Assembly: GCF_009914755.1 (NCBI RefSeq)
Contig: NC_060937.1
Strand: one strand, 5' to 3'
Length of the DNA: 64,000 nt
Source of the DNA: the human T2T-CHM13v2.0 reference genome, Homo sapiens
Shown here: positions 10,612 to 24,076 of the stretch, one piece after another
Layout: the number at the start of each line of letters is the position of its first letter
Numbering within the stretch: position 1 is the first letter of the stretch
Program-made: the position numbers and the translations under genes
The notes under the pieces: generated by a model
What the model saw: only the letters and a program-made list of their open reading frames with translations
What the model was told of the DNA's origin: nothing
The model's database searches: none

Positions 10612-12199
10612 ACCTTGTTTTTTAATTATAAAATTACTAAACGCTGCTCCTGAGTATGAAAGTGGATTTCTACCACACATTAAGAACTCTACAAAGGTGG
10701 CCTCTTATTTCAAGTGTATAAGGATTATGTTACATTATTAATTTCTCACCTTTTGTTACATTTTTGCAGTACACAAAGAGTCCTTCTCTTAACATACACT
10801 TTTTAAAGAAAATAAAATAAAAAGAAACATATATTCTTGTATATTCTTGTATACACTCAAATGGTGTAACAAAACACCAAAAACAATAAAAAACTGTTAT
10901 TATAATTCATGAAAAAAATGTGGTTTACATATTAAATATTTTATTTAGGAATAATTGTCATCTGTCCATACAATTGATGCAAAATATATGTTTGTAATTA
11001 ATAATACAATTAAAGTTCTTAATTATCTTTAAAGTTGTTAAAATTTTTTAAAGCTTAACATTAAAGTTTTTTTTATTTTTGGATAATGCTCGGACAAATC
11101 TGTTTTATGGGGTATCACATGCTTCAAGTGATTATATAATACACAAAGTTTATAGTATAATTAACTGCATTGAGAGAGCTTATGCAGAAAGACATTGCCG
11201 GAATCTCAAGTGGAAATCTGGTGATGTGTTCTAGTGATGTTGAACATAAGAATAAAATGGTAGCTGTTATATATAAAATATTACAAAACTAGCTGTCTGA
11301 ATGTGTGCTTTTCACTTTTCAACAAATTCATTAATCAAACAAAAGATTTTTATTTAACCACAGTAAATATCAAGGCACCAGGAACGGAAATGCAATATTT
11401 CTCAATAGTGATACCAAAATCCCTCTTAAGGAAAGAACTATCTTCGTTTAGAATGCCTTGCATATACAGCTGAAGGTATAGATGAGATTTTAAAGGGATA
11501 TGTACAAGCAGGAGCTCTAGAAACAAAGGGAATATGTGTGGTAAACTCCTCTTCAGGAAATGAGATGAGGCTTTTGTTTTGCTTGGAGGAAGAACAGATA
11601 AGCAGAAGGATGAGCAAACACAGAAGAGGAGAGGAGGAAGAGGGAAGACTGAGACAATGTGCAGCAAGGCAGAGGAAGCAAAGAGGAAAAGGATGCAATT
11701 CTTCTGAAGTGAGTGGCCAAAGGACCTGTTCCAGAATATGGATGCCCAACATTTAATTTGAGGTTTTTTTTTTTGTTGGCATTTTGAGATGTAAGCCTCA
11801 TCTCCATTTCTTCTTCCCTTCTTTCCAAAACCCAACACAACTTCTTTAACGTAACCTACTCTCACAAAGGCATGTGTTTGTGTACCTCTTACTGCTGTTT
11901 TCATTTTTGCTATTCTGCATTTGTGTGTGTGTTTGCAATTCAGGGAAGGGCTAATTTTCTGTAATTGAGTAAACTGGGTTTGGGGTAAATGTTATATACA
12001 AGTAATCTGGGATGGAGGGTGCAAACATCAAGGCAGGAATGTAATTTGTTAGGATTTTGCATCAATTTGGAGGAGAAATTGAATTTCCATGAACCATACA
12101 TTTGGAGACTGGATCCAAAATTAAGTAGGTCTTAAAGAGAGTACTGGATGTAGTTCCTGCCCTCATGAAACTAGTGGAGAGATGACAAATGAAAATCAA

Positions 12200-12612
12200 T
12201 GTGGCCAAGATACTTGCGGCTCAGTGAATATCCACGTATTCCTGCTTATTTCCAACCTCTCTTGTAATTTGGTATGGCTGTATGGCCAATTCTAGAAAAT
12301 AGTCTATGAAAGAACATTTCAGTTAACATTTTCTGACCAAAGCATATAAAAGTCAGTGTGAAAATCTGTAGCTCTCTTCGCCATGAAAGCCACATGTTAT
12401 GGAGAGTGTGGCTACCATGTCCAAGGTGTCTGAGTCCCTGAGCTATCATGTGAAAACAGTTGCCAAGGTATCTGAGTCCCTGAGCAGTCATGTAAAAACA
12501 GTTGCCCTAAAGAGTCACCAAGTCCACAGACGACTTAGCATAATGGAGAAATATAATACCATGTGTTACATCACCACAATTTCAAGAGGAGCTTAGCTTA
12601 ATACTATGATTA
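12200..12612 (+). mobile_element. MLT1 (I/J-like) MaLR LTR
   Basis: Starts tgtgg; atttccaacctctcttg…tggccaattctag…tgagtccctgag motifs. Confidence 0.65.
12421..12504. repeat. 2 x 42-bp tandem duplication inside MLT1
   Basis: ccaaggt(g/a)tctgagtccctgagc..tcatgt(g/a)aaaacagttg twice; explains the repeated peptide in ORFs 12246-12491 and 12399-12596. Confidence 0.95.
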
Positions 12613-12799
12613 AGGGCAATACAGTGTTATGGACACTAAGATACAAATATGGATGGGGTATTTTGGAAGGCAAAGGAGGGGAATTAAATTTTATTGGTGG
12701 AAAGCAATGTCAGAAAAAAGCATCTTGCAATTTAACTTTTAAGGAAGCAACAAAGTAAACATCAGAGAGTAATGAACAGAAAATTGGATTAAAAAGAGA

Positions 12800-12970
12800 A
12801 AAATACCTAATGCATGCGGGGTTTAAAACCTAGATGACGGGTTGATAGGTACAGCAAACCACCATGGCACATGTATACCTATGTAACAAGCCTGCACGTT
12901 CTACACATGTATCCCAGAACTTAAAGTAAAATAAATAAATAAATAAAATAAAAATTAAACAAAAAAGAAG
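12800..12970 (+). mobile_element. L1PA7/8-like 3' end, 5'-truncated
   Basis: atacctaatgcatgcgggg…aaaacctagatgacggg…gaacttaaagtaaaataaa with A-rich tail; probable TSD aagagaaaaa. Confidence 0.92.
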
Positions 12971-13369
12971 AAGAGAAAAAAATGTTTCTGAAGACCTTAA
13001 GCAGAGTTTACAGGAGACAAAAGTTGCTTTTGCTTCCATCTTACCAAAGTCACAAAGGCTAGAAGGTGGTCTACAGGATGGAGAAAAGGTAGTAATTATT
13101 TTCCAGGGTACCCCCAGCTCAGTATTGATAAAACCAAGGGAAAAAAAAGTGTAAGTGTTTCCAAACCCTCCCATCAGATTTCTTTCATGTCCTGAAAGTA
13201 TCCAGATCCACCATATGTGTATTATTTTACAAATTAATACACAAGTTTGGATTTAGTCAATCAACTATATGTTGGTTTATATTTTAAGTCTATAATTACA
13301 TATATATATATATATGTTCTATATTCACACATTTGAGTATATATGTAAAGTATTTATTATGATATTTAG

Positions 13370-13515
13370 AGGAAGTGTGGTATAATGTTGAGAACATAAA
13401 TCAGAGTCTGGAGACCTGGGATTTCTTTCACATTCCATCCCTAATTCACTTAGTGATTTGAGCAAAGCAGGTATTTCATCTCTTTGAGCTCAAATTTCTT
13501 GTTCTTTAAAACACT
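13370..13515 (+). mobile_element. MIR fragment
   Basis: gagtctggagacctggg…gtgatttgagcaaag…ctctttgagctcaaatttc. Confidence 0.6.
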
Positions 13516-13879
13516 TTAACTTTACAGATTACTTCCTAATGATTCCATTCTACATTCTGCCTGTGGAAAAATGGCCACGGTGCAAGTTATTTTGTTTTCT
13601 GAACCTTACTGTCGCTTTTACTCTTAAGACAATGTCAGAGGTATTGAGGGAATAAAAAAAAAATATGGTTTCTTTGTCTTGCTCGTAAGACAATAGGTTT
13701 TCATCATTTTTTTCCTGACAGTGGAGAGTAAAGCTATAAAGAATGTATTACAGAAAACACGATGAGCACGCTATATAAGAATTTGGTAATGCCCTTCCTG
13801 TCTCTGGCTTTGTTTCCTGCTTTTCGCCATTCCTTTCACAGTTGGAGTTGCAGAAGACACAATGGCCGGAGGCTTTCTT

Positions 13880-14100
13880 AGTACCCCAAGCCACTGTTCA
13901 TGCTTTTCCTTCTGACTGGCCTTCTTCTTGCTTCTGGTTCATTCTTCAAATCCAAGCTCCAATATTACCTTCTCTCTGTGGATGCTATCCCTGTACAGAT
14001 TTAGTCATTTTCTTTCTATGCTAGCTGTATAATTTGAACACAGTTCCATTATTTGTTTCCCTGCTTGTCTTCTTTCTCTCCTGTCATCCTTGAATACAAT
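13880..14100 (+). mobile_element. L2 3' fragment
   Basis: gttcatgcttttccttctgactgg…cattcttcaaatccaagctc…. Confidence 0.5.
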
Positions 14101-14599
14101 TAAATACAAATAATAGAGTTCTACTATAAAAAAGAAGCTGTACTGTTTAATATTATCACATATAGGTATTCTAGTTACTTCTCCCAAAACACTTTTCCTC
14201 AAACTCCATGATTTGATAGGTATTTTAATTCCATTACTCATGAATATAGACATCACAACTTTGTCAAACAGTGACATAGATTTTGTGTTATCAATTCTGC
14301 CAAAATTGCACCCCAATCTTTATTTATTTATTATAAAATAAATTTTGTCATCCAGAAACATATATATTGTGAACTTACTTTTTCATGTAAGAAATAAAGA
14401 CTTTTTGAAATAAAGTGATGATTTATTTAAAGTAGAAATAAATTGTAACTTTTTGCATCTTACACTGAATATTGGACTTGAAGTTTTTGTTCTTGATAAG
14501 GCTCCTGAAAAAAAGGAGTAATTATGGGAGCTAATATAGCTCATCATATTGGCTGTTTGTTAGTTTGCAGGAAGAAGACTTGGTGCCTTCTATTCATCA

Positions 14600-14890
14600 A
14601 TGACTTGTGTTGTAACTTTAAATGCACTATTTTATTTCGTCATATGAAACCGATGAGTGAGACACTATCTTATCCCAAATGATAAAACTGATTCAGTCAA
14701 AGCTGATGACTTACTCAAATTATTTGGTAATGTAGCAGGTCTTTAGTTTGAAGCAAGTGTTTTTAGTCTTCATTTCTTCATCTGTACCTTTTCCATAGGG
14801 CTGTGAAAATTAAATGAGTTAGAATACGGAACACTCTTAGAATAATATTCGGCATTAATAAGTGCTTTGTTTAAGCATTGGTGATAATTG
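14600..14890. mobile_element. Two adjacent MIR fragments in opposite orientations
   Basis: atgataaaactgattcag…gacttactcaa (minus) and catttcttcatctgta…gtgaaaattaaatgag (plus). Confidence 0.55.
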
Positions 14891-15319
14891 CTGTTCTTAT
14901 TGTTGCCTAACTCCAAAGACGGTGCTCTATTTTCTAAATAAAGGCAACCTGGATATCGATTGGTAGAAGCTTGAAACACGGTGTCTCCAATGTGTACCTT
15001 TAAGGTGTTAATATGCACCTCTCTATAACCTAGGAATACCCGCAAGATGGAGTGTGTTGCTCTAAGTGCAGCAGAAGGGACACAGGGGAAGGAAAGGAAG
15101 ATGATGTGGAGCCTTTAGTAAATCTATAGTTTTGTAACATATAAAAGACTAAAGAACCTTTCATAATAGGAAAAATTTATATGAGCTGCCATGGGCTTTT
15201 TAAATTTTTTTAAAAAGCAAACTAGCAACCAATCACTCAATTTTCAGGGGAGGTGAAAACGTTCTAATTTCCTTTTGAATTATTTCTCTCTCACTGGACA
15301 CACTCTTGTGAGATCTTGC

Positions 15320-15623
15320 CAAAGTGTAAGCTCTCCTTCTTACCGGGTGGGTGACCAGACCTAGGCAAGTTGGTCCTTGGAATATAATCCTGTCACAGGA
15401 ACATAATTATTGACAATGTTTAAAGCTCACTCAAGGAGGTGTGATATGGTGTCTTCTAGAAATCCTTCCACCAAGTCTTTTGGGTTTTTCCAGCTTTTAA
15501 ATTTACTCTTCCTTTTGATTCTATGATTTTCCCTATAGCCTTCCCATGAGTTTCCTTTTTGCGTACACTACATTAACCAGAGTCAGTTTCTATTGCCTGC
15601 AACCAAAGTACCCTAACAGCATA
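15320..15623 (+). mobile_element. Ancient ERVL/MaLR LTR 3' part (MLT1K-N/LTR33/LTR16-like)
   Basis: Terminal motif ccagagtcagtttctattgcctgcaaccaaagtaccctaac. Confidence 0.55.
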
Positions 15624-15624
15624 A

Positions 15625-15865
15625 TGGAATGGAATAAAATGGACCTCAGTGTCAATGTCTGTGCTTTGACTCTGGCTCTGCCACTATAAGCTGTGTGGCC
15701 TCAAGCAGTCAATTAATCTACCTAAGCCTCAATGTACTTATCTGCAAATGAAAATAAAAATATTAAACTTTCTAAGATTGCTTCTCTGCTTAAATTAAAT
15801 AATATATTTAAAGCACCTATTATGGTATTTGACAGAATACACTTAATAAATGATAACTATTATTA
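15625..15865 (+). mobile_element. MIR, near full length
   Basis: ctggctctgccactataagctgtgtggcctcaagcagtc…ctaagcctcaatg…atctgcaaatg…aaagcacct…taataaatgataactattatta. Confidence 0.85.
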
Positions 15866-18800
15866 GAAACACAAGAAAGAAAGAGGAAATTAATTTTCTT
15901 CTTCTACCCCTTCTCTATAACCTGATTTCAGAATCAAACTTGCTGTTGCTAAAGAGAAAGTGGCTGCAGTTTCCTTCTGACCTGGCTGCGTATTTCTTCA
16001 TCACTGCCTGTCCTTCATTGAGCTAAAGGAATCAGTGTCACACAAAATCATTCTGCCTTCCAAAGGTTTGGACTCTTAAAGAAGACCATACTGGTGATTG
16101 TTATTTTTATATTTGATTTTTGTTTTAAGGCAGTTTTTTTAAAGGCATTGCCAGTAAGTCACATTGTCTAGTTATCCAAAGCCCAAGCCAATTAGCAAGT
16201 GAAAAGAATGTTCTGAACCTAATGATCTCTAAGTTGCTTCTTTATATTAACTCTTTAATTCTATATATGAAAATTAGTTCTTATCTTATAAAATGTCATT
16301 CCTTCTTTCATTCTCTTAGATTCTCAATCATTTTGATTTGGGGAAAGAATTAGGGAAATTTTCTTGAAGTGACAGATATTTTTAATGAGTTATGAGACTT
16401 TGAACAATAGACGTTATTCTAGAGCAGAAAAGTCTTTAAATTCAAGCCTTTTTGCCTGCAGTTCAAAGTTCTTTGTAGTAAAAGACTAATATATATATAA
16501 TAGTATAGTGTTTACCGTCCAGAATTAGGCTTTTTTTCATGATGTTTTCATGAATCTGTAGAGCATGGACATGACTGTGTCCATCAATATTTGCTATGAA
16601 TTCCTTTTGTGAAAATGCAACTTTATCTGTATACCTAGGTTAGAATGACCTACACAAAAAAGAAGTAAGTCCACAGAAGGGCAGTGAGGGGACAGAAATG
16701 AGAAGTGGTGTCTTTTTGTTTAAGCCTAGACTGAAATTTTGTATCAGGGCACTGATTGGTTGGCTTATATCTTAACCACGCTACTCCACGACAAAAATTC
16801 CAGTTCGTTTAACTTATACTTAAATGTTTCATTCATTTCTGATTTTCTTTACATTTGAAGATCTTTAAAATCTAAAATGAATATTCTTTATTACTTTAAA
16901 CATACCTTCTGTATTCTGTTATGAAAGAGAATAATAAAAATTATGTCAGATTTTGAAAACAACATGCATCTTAAAGTTTAATGTCAACTATTTGTTAAAT
17001 ATCATACTATATAAAATATTAATGATTATTTTAAATGTTTGAATTTATATTAGAATAATGATGAGAATAAAGAGCTTTGGCAAAAACCAGTTAGATCCGA
17101 GAAAATTTTAGTAACGTTTAAAATAATATAAAAATATAGAGAGCTTATAAATCAAGTTAGATATCCAAAACCTGGTACTGACTGTAAAGGAAATCTCATT
17201 CTAAACAATGCAGCCAACATAGAGAAAAGACACATGAAAAGAAAGGAAATTACTGAAGCTATTACACACACAACACACTCAGATAGGAGTCCAGCTGCTG
17301 AAGGAAGCTGTTGGTTCTTGATCTATGGAAGTTCCTAATTAGAATACAAGTTAGAAATATAACAGAAAACATAAAAAAGAAAGAAATTTACTGTAAGACT
17401 AAGGTTTTGTTTTGCTTCTTTAAATGTTAGCAAAAACAGACTTAGAGAAGCCTGGCTAAATAAGTAATAAATAATTTTTATAACTACTGACTTTTGATAC
17501 CAATTATACTTTATCAAAGTTTCCAATATTCCATCACATATTTATCCCTGCTTTCAGATAGGCATGTCTACCAATAGCTTGTGAACTGTATGCTGCATTT
17601 TAAAGCTGCTGTATATGAATCAAATGGTGTGCACTTAGGATGCATTTATATATTCCTTAAAAAGCAGATTTTTCTTCCATTTGGCTCTCACTACATACTT
17701 CTCCAAAGGTTTTTGCAATAGATGAGCTTTTATAGGATTATAAATCATAGTATGCTAAAAGAAATGCTATAGAAATTGAATACATGGTACAATATTTTGC
17801 ACAGTGATAATCACCTATAGCCCCAAAGCATATAAATATATGATTTTTATTTTTATTTTAGGAACCCTAATAAATATGTGCCCACATATTCTGTTATTTA
17901 TGGCATTTCAAATTACTCCTTTACAGGTTTGTGGGACTAATGTGACCTTCCCAAGGTCTATGCTAGCAAAAAGAAAAGATCCAAAGCAATTACCCAGAAA
18001 ATTTAAATATATATATATCTCAAGCTCTACTTCCATGAAATTGTCTAGATGTTTCAGGCAAATCATGTTTAGGTCCAAATTTAAACAGATTATTGCTTTC
18101 CTTCTCCATTTCATTGCTAGTGAACTTTATTTTTCAAGGTTGATCAGTATGCAAGACAAAGTATTCTCTGATTGATCAGTATGCAGGGTTGGATTACTCT
18201 AGAGAACATTTGGACATTTTGACTATGTCCTGTGGATTTACCTGCAGAGTATGCATTTTGGAGGGCAGGTACTGAGGGAGGAAACAAAAATGACTTAATG
18301 GTCTTGCACTGTGGAAGTGTGATCAACTCCCTGAGTGGAGGTTGAACCATCTTATGGAATCACTCACCATATGACAATGATCCTACAGCTCTTTGGAAAA
18401 TAAATGTACCTCATTGTCAAGATGGATTAAACAATAAAACTGATTAAACAAAAGTAGTGGCATTCATTTTGAGTTTTAAATTATACAATCATACTGATAT
18501 TTATTCAGATATATTGATTTCCTCGTGGCAGTAGTTGTTCAATGTTTGTGTGATATTTTTAGGACTGAAAGTATATGGGCATCTACTACATTATATTTCA
18601 TGACAATGACTTTAGACTTTCTGTTGTAAGTAGTGAGAGTTTTTATTCACAAGATTTTTGTCACTACATTACCTGTTGGTCTTATTACATGAGAGGGCAC
18701 TTGAGAATCTCTGCAGAATATTTAAGGGATTCTCTGGGCATAATTTTAAGAAATCATCGGGTACAAAACAAAGGAAAGATGAAAGGAAGGTGGAAAGGAA

Positions 18801-20504
18801 GGATTTCTTCGTCAGTAATTCAATGTAGCTTCCAAAAATTAAGTGAAAGTCAAGTATTCTAAATTCTAGGTTGAACCTTTTAAAAAAACCTTTGAAACAT
18901 TCTTGACTTTTTGCTTTTTCTTTGGATTAGCTTAAATCTTTGAAATTGGATAACGTCAAGGACGTTTCCAAATCAGGGGAAAAAAGATGTTTAATAGGTA
19001 AAGAAAAATTTTGAAATATGTGTTTTATTATCTCATGGAAGAACAAATTGTGATATGTTAACACAGAAAATGCAACCATGAAATCTTACAAATAGCAAAT
19101 GGATATAAGAGGGCTGTATGCAAGAAATCTGGAGAAGCATGTAGAAGTGAATATTAAAGGGCTTATAAATTTGCATTGTCAGACAAATGCACAAAATAGA
19201 GGGCTCTTTTCTGTCAAAATGTCATTGATTTGATTAAAATAGTTTCAATTAACAATTATTGAAACCTTACAGGTGAAATACCCAATTGTAGAAAGGTGTA
19301 AGATAAACAACTTATTTTTCTAGGCTACTAGTATGTGCTAAAAAATGAGATTGTCTTAATTATAACCATGACAAAAATTATTTATCTGACTCCAGCCTCC
19401 ACTTCTATTGTAGAAAAAAAACCCTTTCAAAAGCATATATATTATCTAAAGAAAGGCTGACACATTAACCCACCCTTAACATCCACTAATGCATTGACAT
19501 TTGTTTTATCATATTAATTTCCATCATGGATGCTGGGCAATGAATGATAAGAGTCCACTAAAAACATATTAATATGGAAGATAGAAAAGATGTTGAAAGG
19601 GGTTCTAGATTAAAATGCTAGAAAAATGTTTGTTACTTAAAATTTGACATTTTGGCTGACTTTTCCACCCTTGCATAAACTCTAAGACTAAGATCATAAT
19701 TTCTTCATTAGATTATACTAGTTTAGCAGAGCAGAGAGTTGATCAAGTTATTTTAAGTGGTAGAGGTGTTTATTGTCTGGATGCCTTTTGGAATAAAAAA
19801 ATCAAGGTCTTTAGCCAAGTAGGTCTTATAAAAACAAACAAACTAGGAAAATGAACCAAGCAGATCTTAGTGGCAGCTGGAACTACAATAGAGTCGAGCT
19901 TCAATGATGTAAGAATTGATGCTGATGATGATGCTGGTGGGGCTGGAGGTATTAGTAAAAACCTCACATCCCCTCTGGGATCCTAGCAGCAGGAGAGCTT
20001 GGCCCCTGAAATCTTGCTGGTGGGATTCAGTTCTCCCTCTTGGCTACTCTTTGGATTTTGGTTGCCTTTTCCCACTATAGTGGCCTCTGTTAATGCCTCT
20101 GAGCATCTGCCTGCTCTTATATTCTGCTTCCTCAGGTTTGGCTCAGTTGTGATCACACCCCTCATCACAGCTCCTTTACATAATAAACTCAGTTAGTATA
20201 TCTTTTTAGCTACCTCTCCTGTTACTAGTGCCTTGATACTCTGACCTTTGAAACTCCTATCCATTAAGTCAGAATCTCCATTTCTTTCTTGGTGGAACAA
20301 TCCATGATAAGTGGCCATCCAGTCAGAACTATTTCCATTAGATCAAGTTTTGGCCAGGCAGGTATCACAACTAGCACATGAGTGTTAAAACTATTAGGAA
20401 AGCAGTTGTTTATTTTTTCAAATATGATTCCTAAAAAAAAAAAAATCCCTTAAATCCCTGATAGTAGGCATAAAAGTCACTTTTATTAATAGATGAATTT
20501 TCAA

Positions 20505-21345
20505 TTTATTATCTTATTATTATTTTTTAAATAAATTTTAATTTTAAATTTTTGTGGGTACATAGTAGATGTATATACTTATGGGGTACATGAGAAGTTT
20601 TGACACAGGCATCCAATGCATAATAATCACATCATGGAGAATGGGGTATCCATACCCTCAAGCATTTGTCCTTTGTGTTACACACAATCCAATTATACTT
20701 TTAGTAATTTTAAAATGTACATTTGAATTATTGACTATAGTCATCTTGTTGTGCTATCGAATATTAGGTCTCATTCATTCTTCCTATTTTTGTCTACCCA
20801 TTAGCCATCCCAAACCTCCCCCTCATCTCCCACTACCCTTCCCAGCCTCTGGTAATGATACTTCTACTCTCTATGTCTATGAGTTCAATTGTTTTTATTT
20901 TTAGATCCCACACATAAGTGAGAACATGTGATGTCTGTCTTACTGTGCCTGGCTTATTTCACTTAACATAATAACCTCCAGTTCCATCCATGTTGTTGCA
21001 AATGACGGGATATCATTCTTTTTTTATGGCTGAATAGTATTCCATTGTGTGTATGTACATTTTCCTTATCCATTCATCTTTTGATGGATATTTAGTTTGC
21101 TTCCAAATCTTGGCTATTGTGAACAGCACTGCAACAAACATGAGAGTGCACATGTCTCTTCAATATCCTGATTTCCTATCTTTTGGGTATACACCTTCCA
21201 GTGTGATTTCTAGATTATATGGCAGCTCCATTTATAGTGTTTTTGAGGAACCTCCAAACTGTTCTCCATGGTGGCTGTACTAATTTACATTCCCACCAAT
21301 GGTGTACAAGAGTTCCCTTTTCTCCACATCCTCGCCAGCATTTGT
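20505..21345 (-). mobile_element. L1MA2-like 3' end
   Basis: ttttgtgggtacatagtag…tatggggtacatgag… 3'UTR followed by the antisense ORF2 C-terminus. Confidence 0.92.
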
Positions 21346-22409
21346 ATGAAACCCTTAAAAGTTAAAATCATGGTCCCTGAGAACTCACAGACATATTTAG
21401 TGACACTGAAAATATAATAGGATTAGCAGTTCATAGGAAGCAGGGAAGTTTATCTCTAATCCCAGATAAAATTGTCTTTACCTTCAAAAAGCCTAAGCTG
21501 ACTTGTGGTTTTACCTGAGACATGTAAAGATCTTGGAAGTCATCACTTTCACCCTTACATGAAAACATGAACAAACGGAAAATCAATGGCTATTCTTTCA
21601 CCCTTCGGAGTGCTGAGGTAGCAGGGTAAACTGACTGGTGCCTTCATATCTAGGGAGACAGGTAAATCCAGAAAGATACAGCAATTGAGATCTGCTGACC
21701 TGTAGTGAAAACTGCTGGAACCATAAACTGGTAGAAACACTTATAGCGATTTTGGCAAAAAAAAGTTGGGACTGACTTTATAATTTTTCCCATTCACATG
21801 GGTGAAGGAGAGTTTCAGTGCAAAACAATGAAATTCCTCTAGTACAGACTTACAAAGAGAGAATTTCTTCTCAGGATAACAGGCAACAAACAACAGACAT
21901 TGTCCAATGTGACACTGGCATTAACAGTATTGCCCAAACTTGAGAAGTATTGTATTAGAGCTATAGTAGTTAGAGCTACATAAATACCTTAAATGAATAC
22001 TCTGAACCTAAAATGAAACTTTTTAATAATCACAGTCAGAGTAAACAATAATATTTTTAAGTGGGAATAAACAGCTGAACATATGAAAACAAGTATTGTG
22101 TAGAATTGTAAATGGAACATGGAACAATGTAAGATAGGAGAGATGAGAAGGTGATAGAGACCCAGAAAAAATTAAGCAAGAGGAAAGGGACATTTTCCAT
22201 AGGTATAACATTATCATAATTTCCTATATTAGAAGTGACTGTCAAAATTCTACTATGCACTATTTATCATTGGTTACATAACTAGTTCAACATTGGGGAA
22301 TTTCTATTTTCAATACATAGGGGGGAAGGTCAGTCTTTTTCAATTTGAGTGAATATATTGATTTAGATAAGCTTTACATTATAGAATAATTTCAGGATGT
22401 GCTGCAAAT

Positions 22410-23690
22410 ATATTTATTAGTTAAGAAATTATTTATTCTGATCCTTTTATGGGTTACGGACCTCATGAGACATTGAAGGAACAAAAATGAGTAAAGCACA
22501 ATGTCTGTCTTCGAAGTACTCATAAGCTATGGAGGATATTTAGTATTATAATTCTTTTGGTTGTAAGTGAAACAGAAAAAAGAAATCTTAGACCCAAACT
22601 TGCTTAGCAAAAGGGAAATTTGGGGCATAAATATTATTGAGCAGATACTCTAATATCTCGTGCTATCTGTTTCTGAACTAAAGCAATGTCACCGACACGA
22701 AGGAGTGGGCAATGCTGTTTCCTCAAGTGGCATCCACATTCAGGCTCCACATGAGGATCCTCTGACAGCTTCAGACTCTCTCACCGAGACTACAGCAGTT
22801 CCAAATATCACGTCTTCTCACCATCAAGCTGAGCAGAAGAAGTGACGTCAACATTCTGTAATTCCCAGCAAAAGTGCTGAGATTCTCTTCAATTAGTCCA
22901 TCCATAAACCATTACTGTTTTCAGAGGGGTGCCAGGTACAGGTGCTTGGGTTTCCTGGTCATCCCTGATTAAAACGATGGGACCAAGTTATCCCAGAGAT
23001 GAGGAAGATAGGATAAGCTGATTGTCTCAAGCTGATCAGGGCCCATCCCCTAGGCCTGAGGGTGAGCTATATTTCATTCTAAACTTCTGATGGAGGTATA
23101 TTTCACTCTAAACTTCAGGGTCTCATTTGGAAAGGGAGAGATGGAATACACAAAAGCTTACTCCGGAGATTACGAATAGAAGACTGAAAATGTAATTTAT
23201 TCAGCACTGCATAGTAGGAATTTAAACAAAATATTTACTATGGTAAATATAAGTGTATCTGCTATGGTAGGGAAGAAAAGAGGCATCATCCCACCTGATT
23301 ACATCAGTGAAGACATCTTGAGATGAGAATTAATAGATAGGAATATATTAGGTGAATAAAGGTTTGGAATGGGAGAGCATTCCAGAAAGAGAAGGCAGCA
23401 TGAACAAAGGCATAGACCCAAATGAGGAATAGCAAATTGTGGCAGGGAAATGGTAAGTCGTTTCATGACATTAAAAAAATAAAATTAGAGCTGGGAGTGG
23501 GCACTGATGAAGCTGGAGATGTTTAAAATTGCCAGATTATTGTAGGCAATGTCATGGCAAGAACAATTAATCCTGTGGTGTTAGAGAGCCAACAAAAATT
23601 TTTGTTAGGACGGTATCAGGCTTGATTTTTTAATTAGATAATTCTGTGTACAGTATAAAAAATGGCTTTAAAATGATGATGAATAATGTC
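22410..23690 (-). mobile_element. L2 (left part), interrupted by MLT1; continues at ~33320
   Basis: L2 tail at 22410-22535; gagcattccagaaagagaaggcagcatgaacaaaggcatagac at ~23375-23420. Confidence 0.65.
22539..23125 (-). mobile_element. MLT1K/L-like LTR
   Basis: ttcttttggttgtaagtgaaacagaaa…aaacttgcttagcaaaagggaaattt start, matching the reverse of the old MaLR 3' end. Confidence 0.65.
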
Positions 23691-23692
23691 AG

Positions 23693-23813
23693 GGTTCTGA
23701 TCATACCACCCTGAACATGCCTGATCTAATCTGAGCTCAGGAGCTAAGCAGGGGCAGGCCTGAGTAGGACGTGGATGGGAGATTGCCTTGGAATCTGGAG
23801 TGCTGCAAGCTTT
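23693..23813 (+). pseudogene. 5S rRNA retropseudogene (full 121-nt length, diverged)
   Basis: Colinear with human 5S rRNA (cataccaccctgaac…gctaagcaggg…ggatgggaga…gtgctg..gcttt), with CpG decay, then an A-tail. Confidence 0.95.
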
Positions 23814-24076
23814 AAAAAAATAATAATAGAAGAAATGTCTGGAAGATGGTGGATTAGAGGCTTTTAGCATTCCTCAGCCATTTGGAAATTGCAAAATCAT
23901 GCTTAAAGTGTGAGCTCTAATTCAAGAAGGAAAATGGGAATCCATTGGAATAGCAAAGGACATCCCAGATCCTTGGGAGGAGAAAGTGAGCAAACAGCCT
24001 CCGTGACGGCATCTGGTTGATAAAAGTGAGTCAAGCCCCAGTACATAAGAGGGGTAGACAGTCTCCCCACTGTGAC

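Larger units (their letters stand above)
12140..12790 (-). mobile_element. L2 fragment interrupted by MLT1
   Basis: gttcctgccctcatgaaactagtggagagatgaca on the left; L2-like sequence resumes at ~12615. Confidence 0.5.

Noticed and set aside
11350-11904. 184-aa minus-strand ORF as a CDS
   Set aside because: Leu/Phe/Ser-rich translation of a pyrimidine-skewed tract, with no domain or splice support.
12421-12504. Repeat-spacer (CRISPR-like) reading of this and other short direct repeats (18140-18185, 23068-23116, 44158-44259, 63404-63466)
   Set aside because: Only 2-3 copies, no series of unique spacers, and a primate context; these are local duplications.
17804-18175. 123-aa ORF and possible mini-exon after ttactcctttacag (~17927)
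   Set aside because: Non-ATG start, AT-rich chance composition, weak donor and no compatible neighbouring exons.
19980-20390. Possible old LTR fragment
   Set aside because: Composition is suggestive, but I could not match diagnostic termini.
23693-23813. Functional 5S rRNA gene
   Set aside because: Solitary, A-tailed and heavily substituted, including the 5' end and control-region positions.
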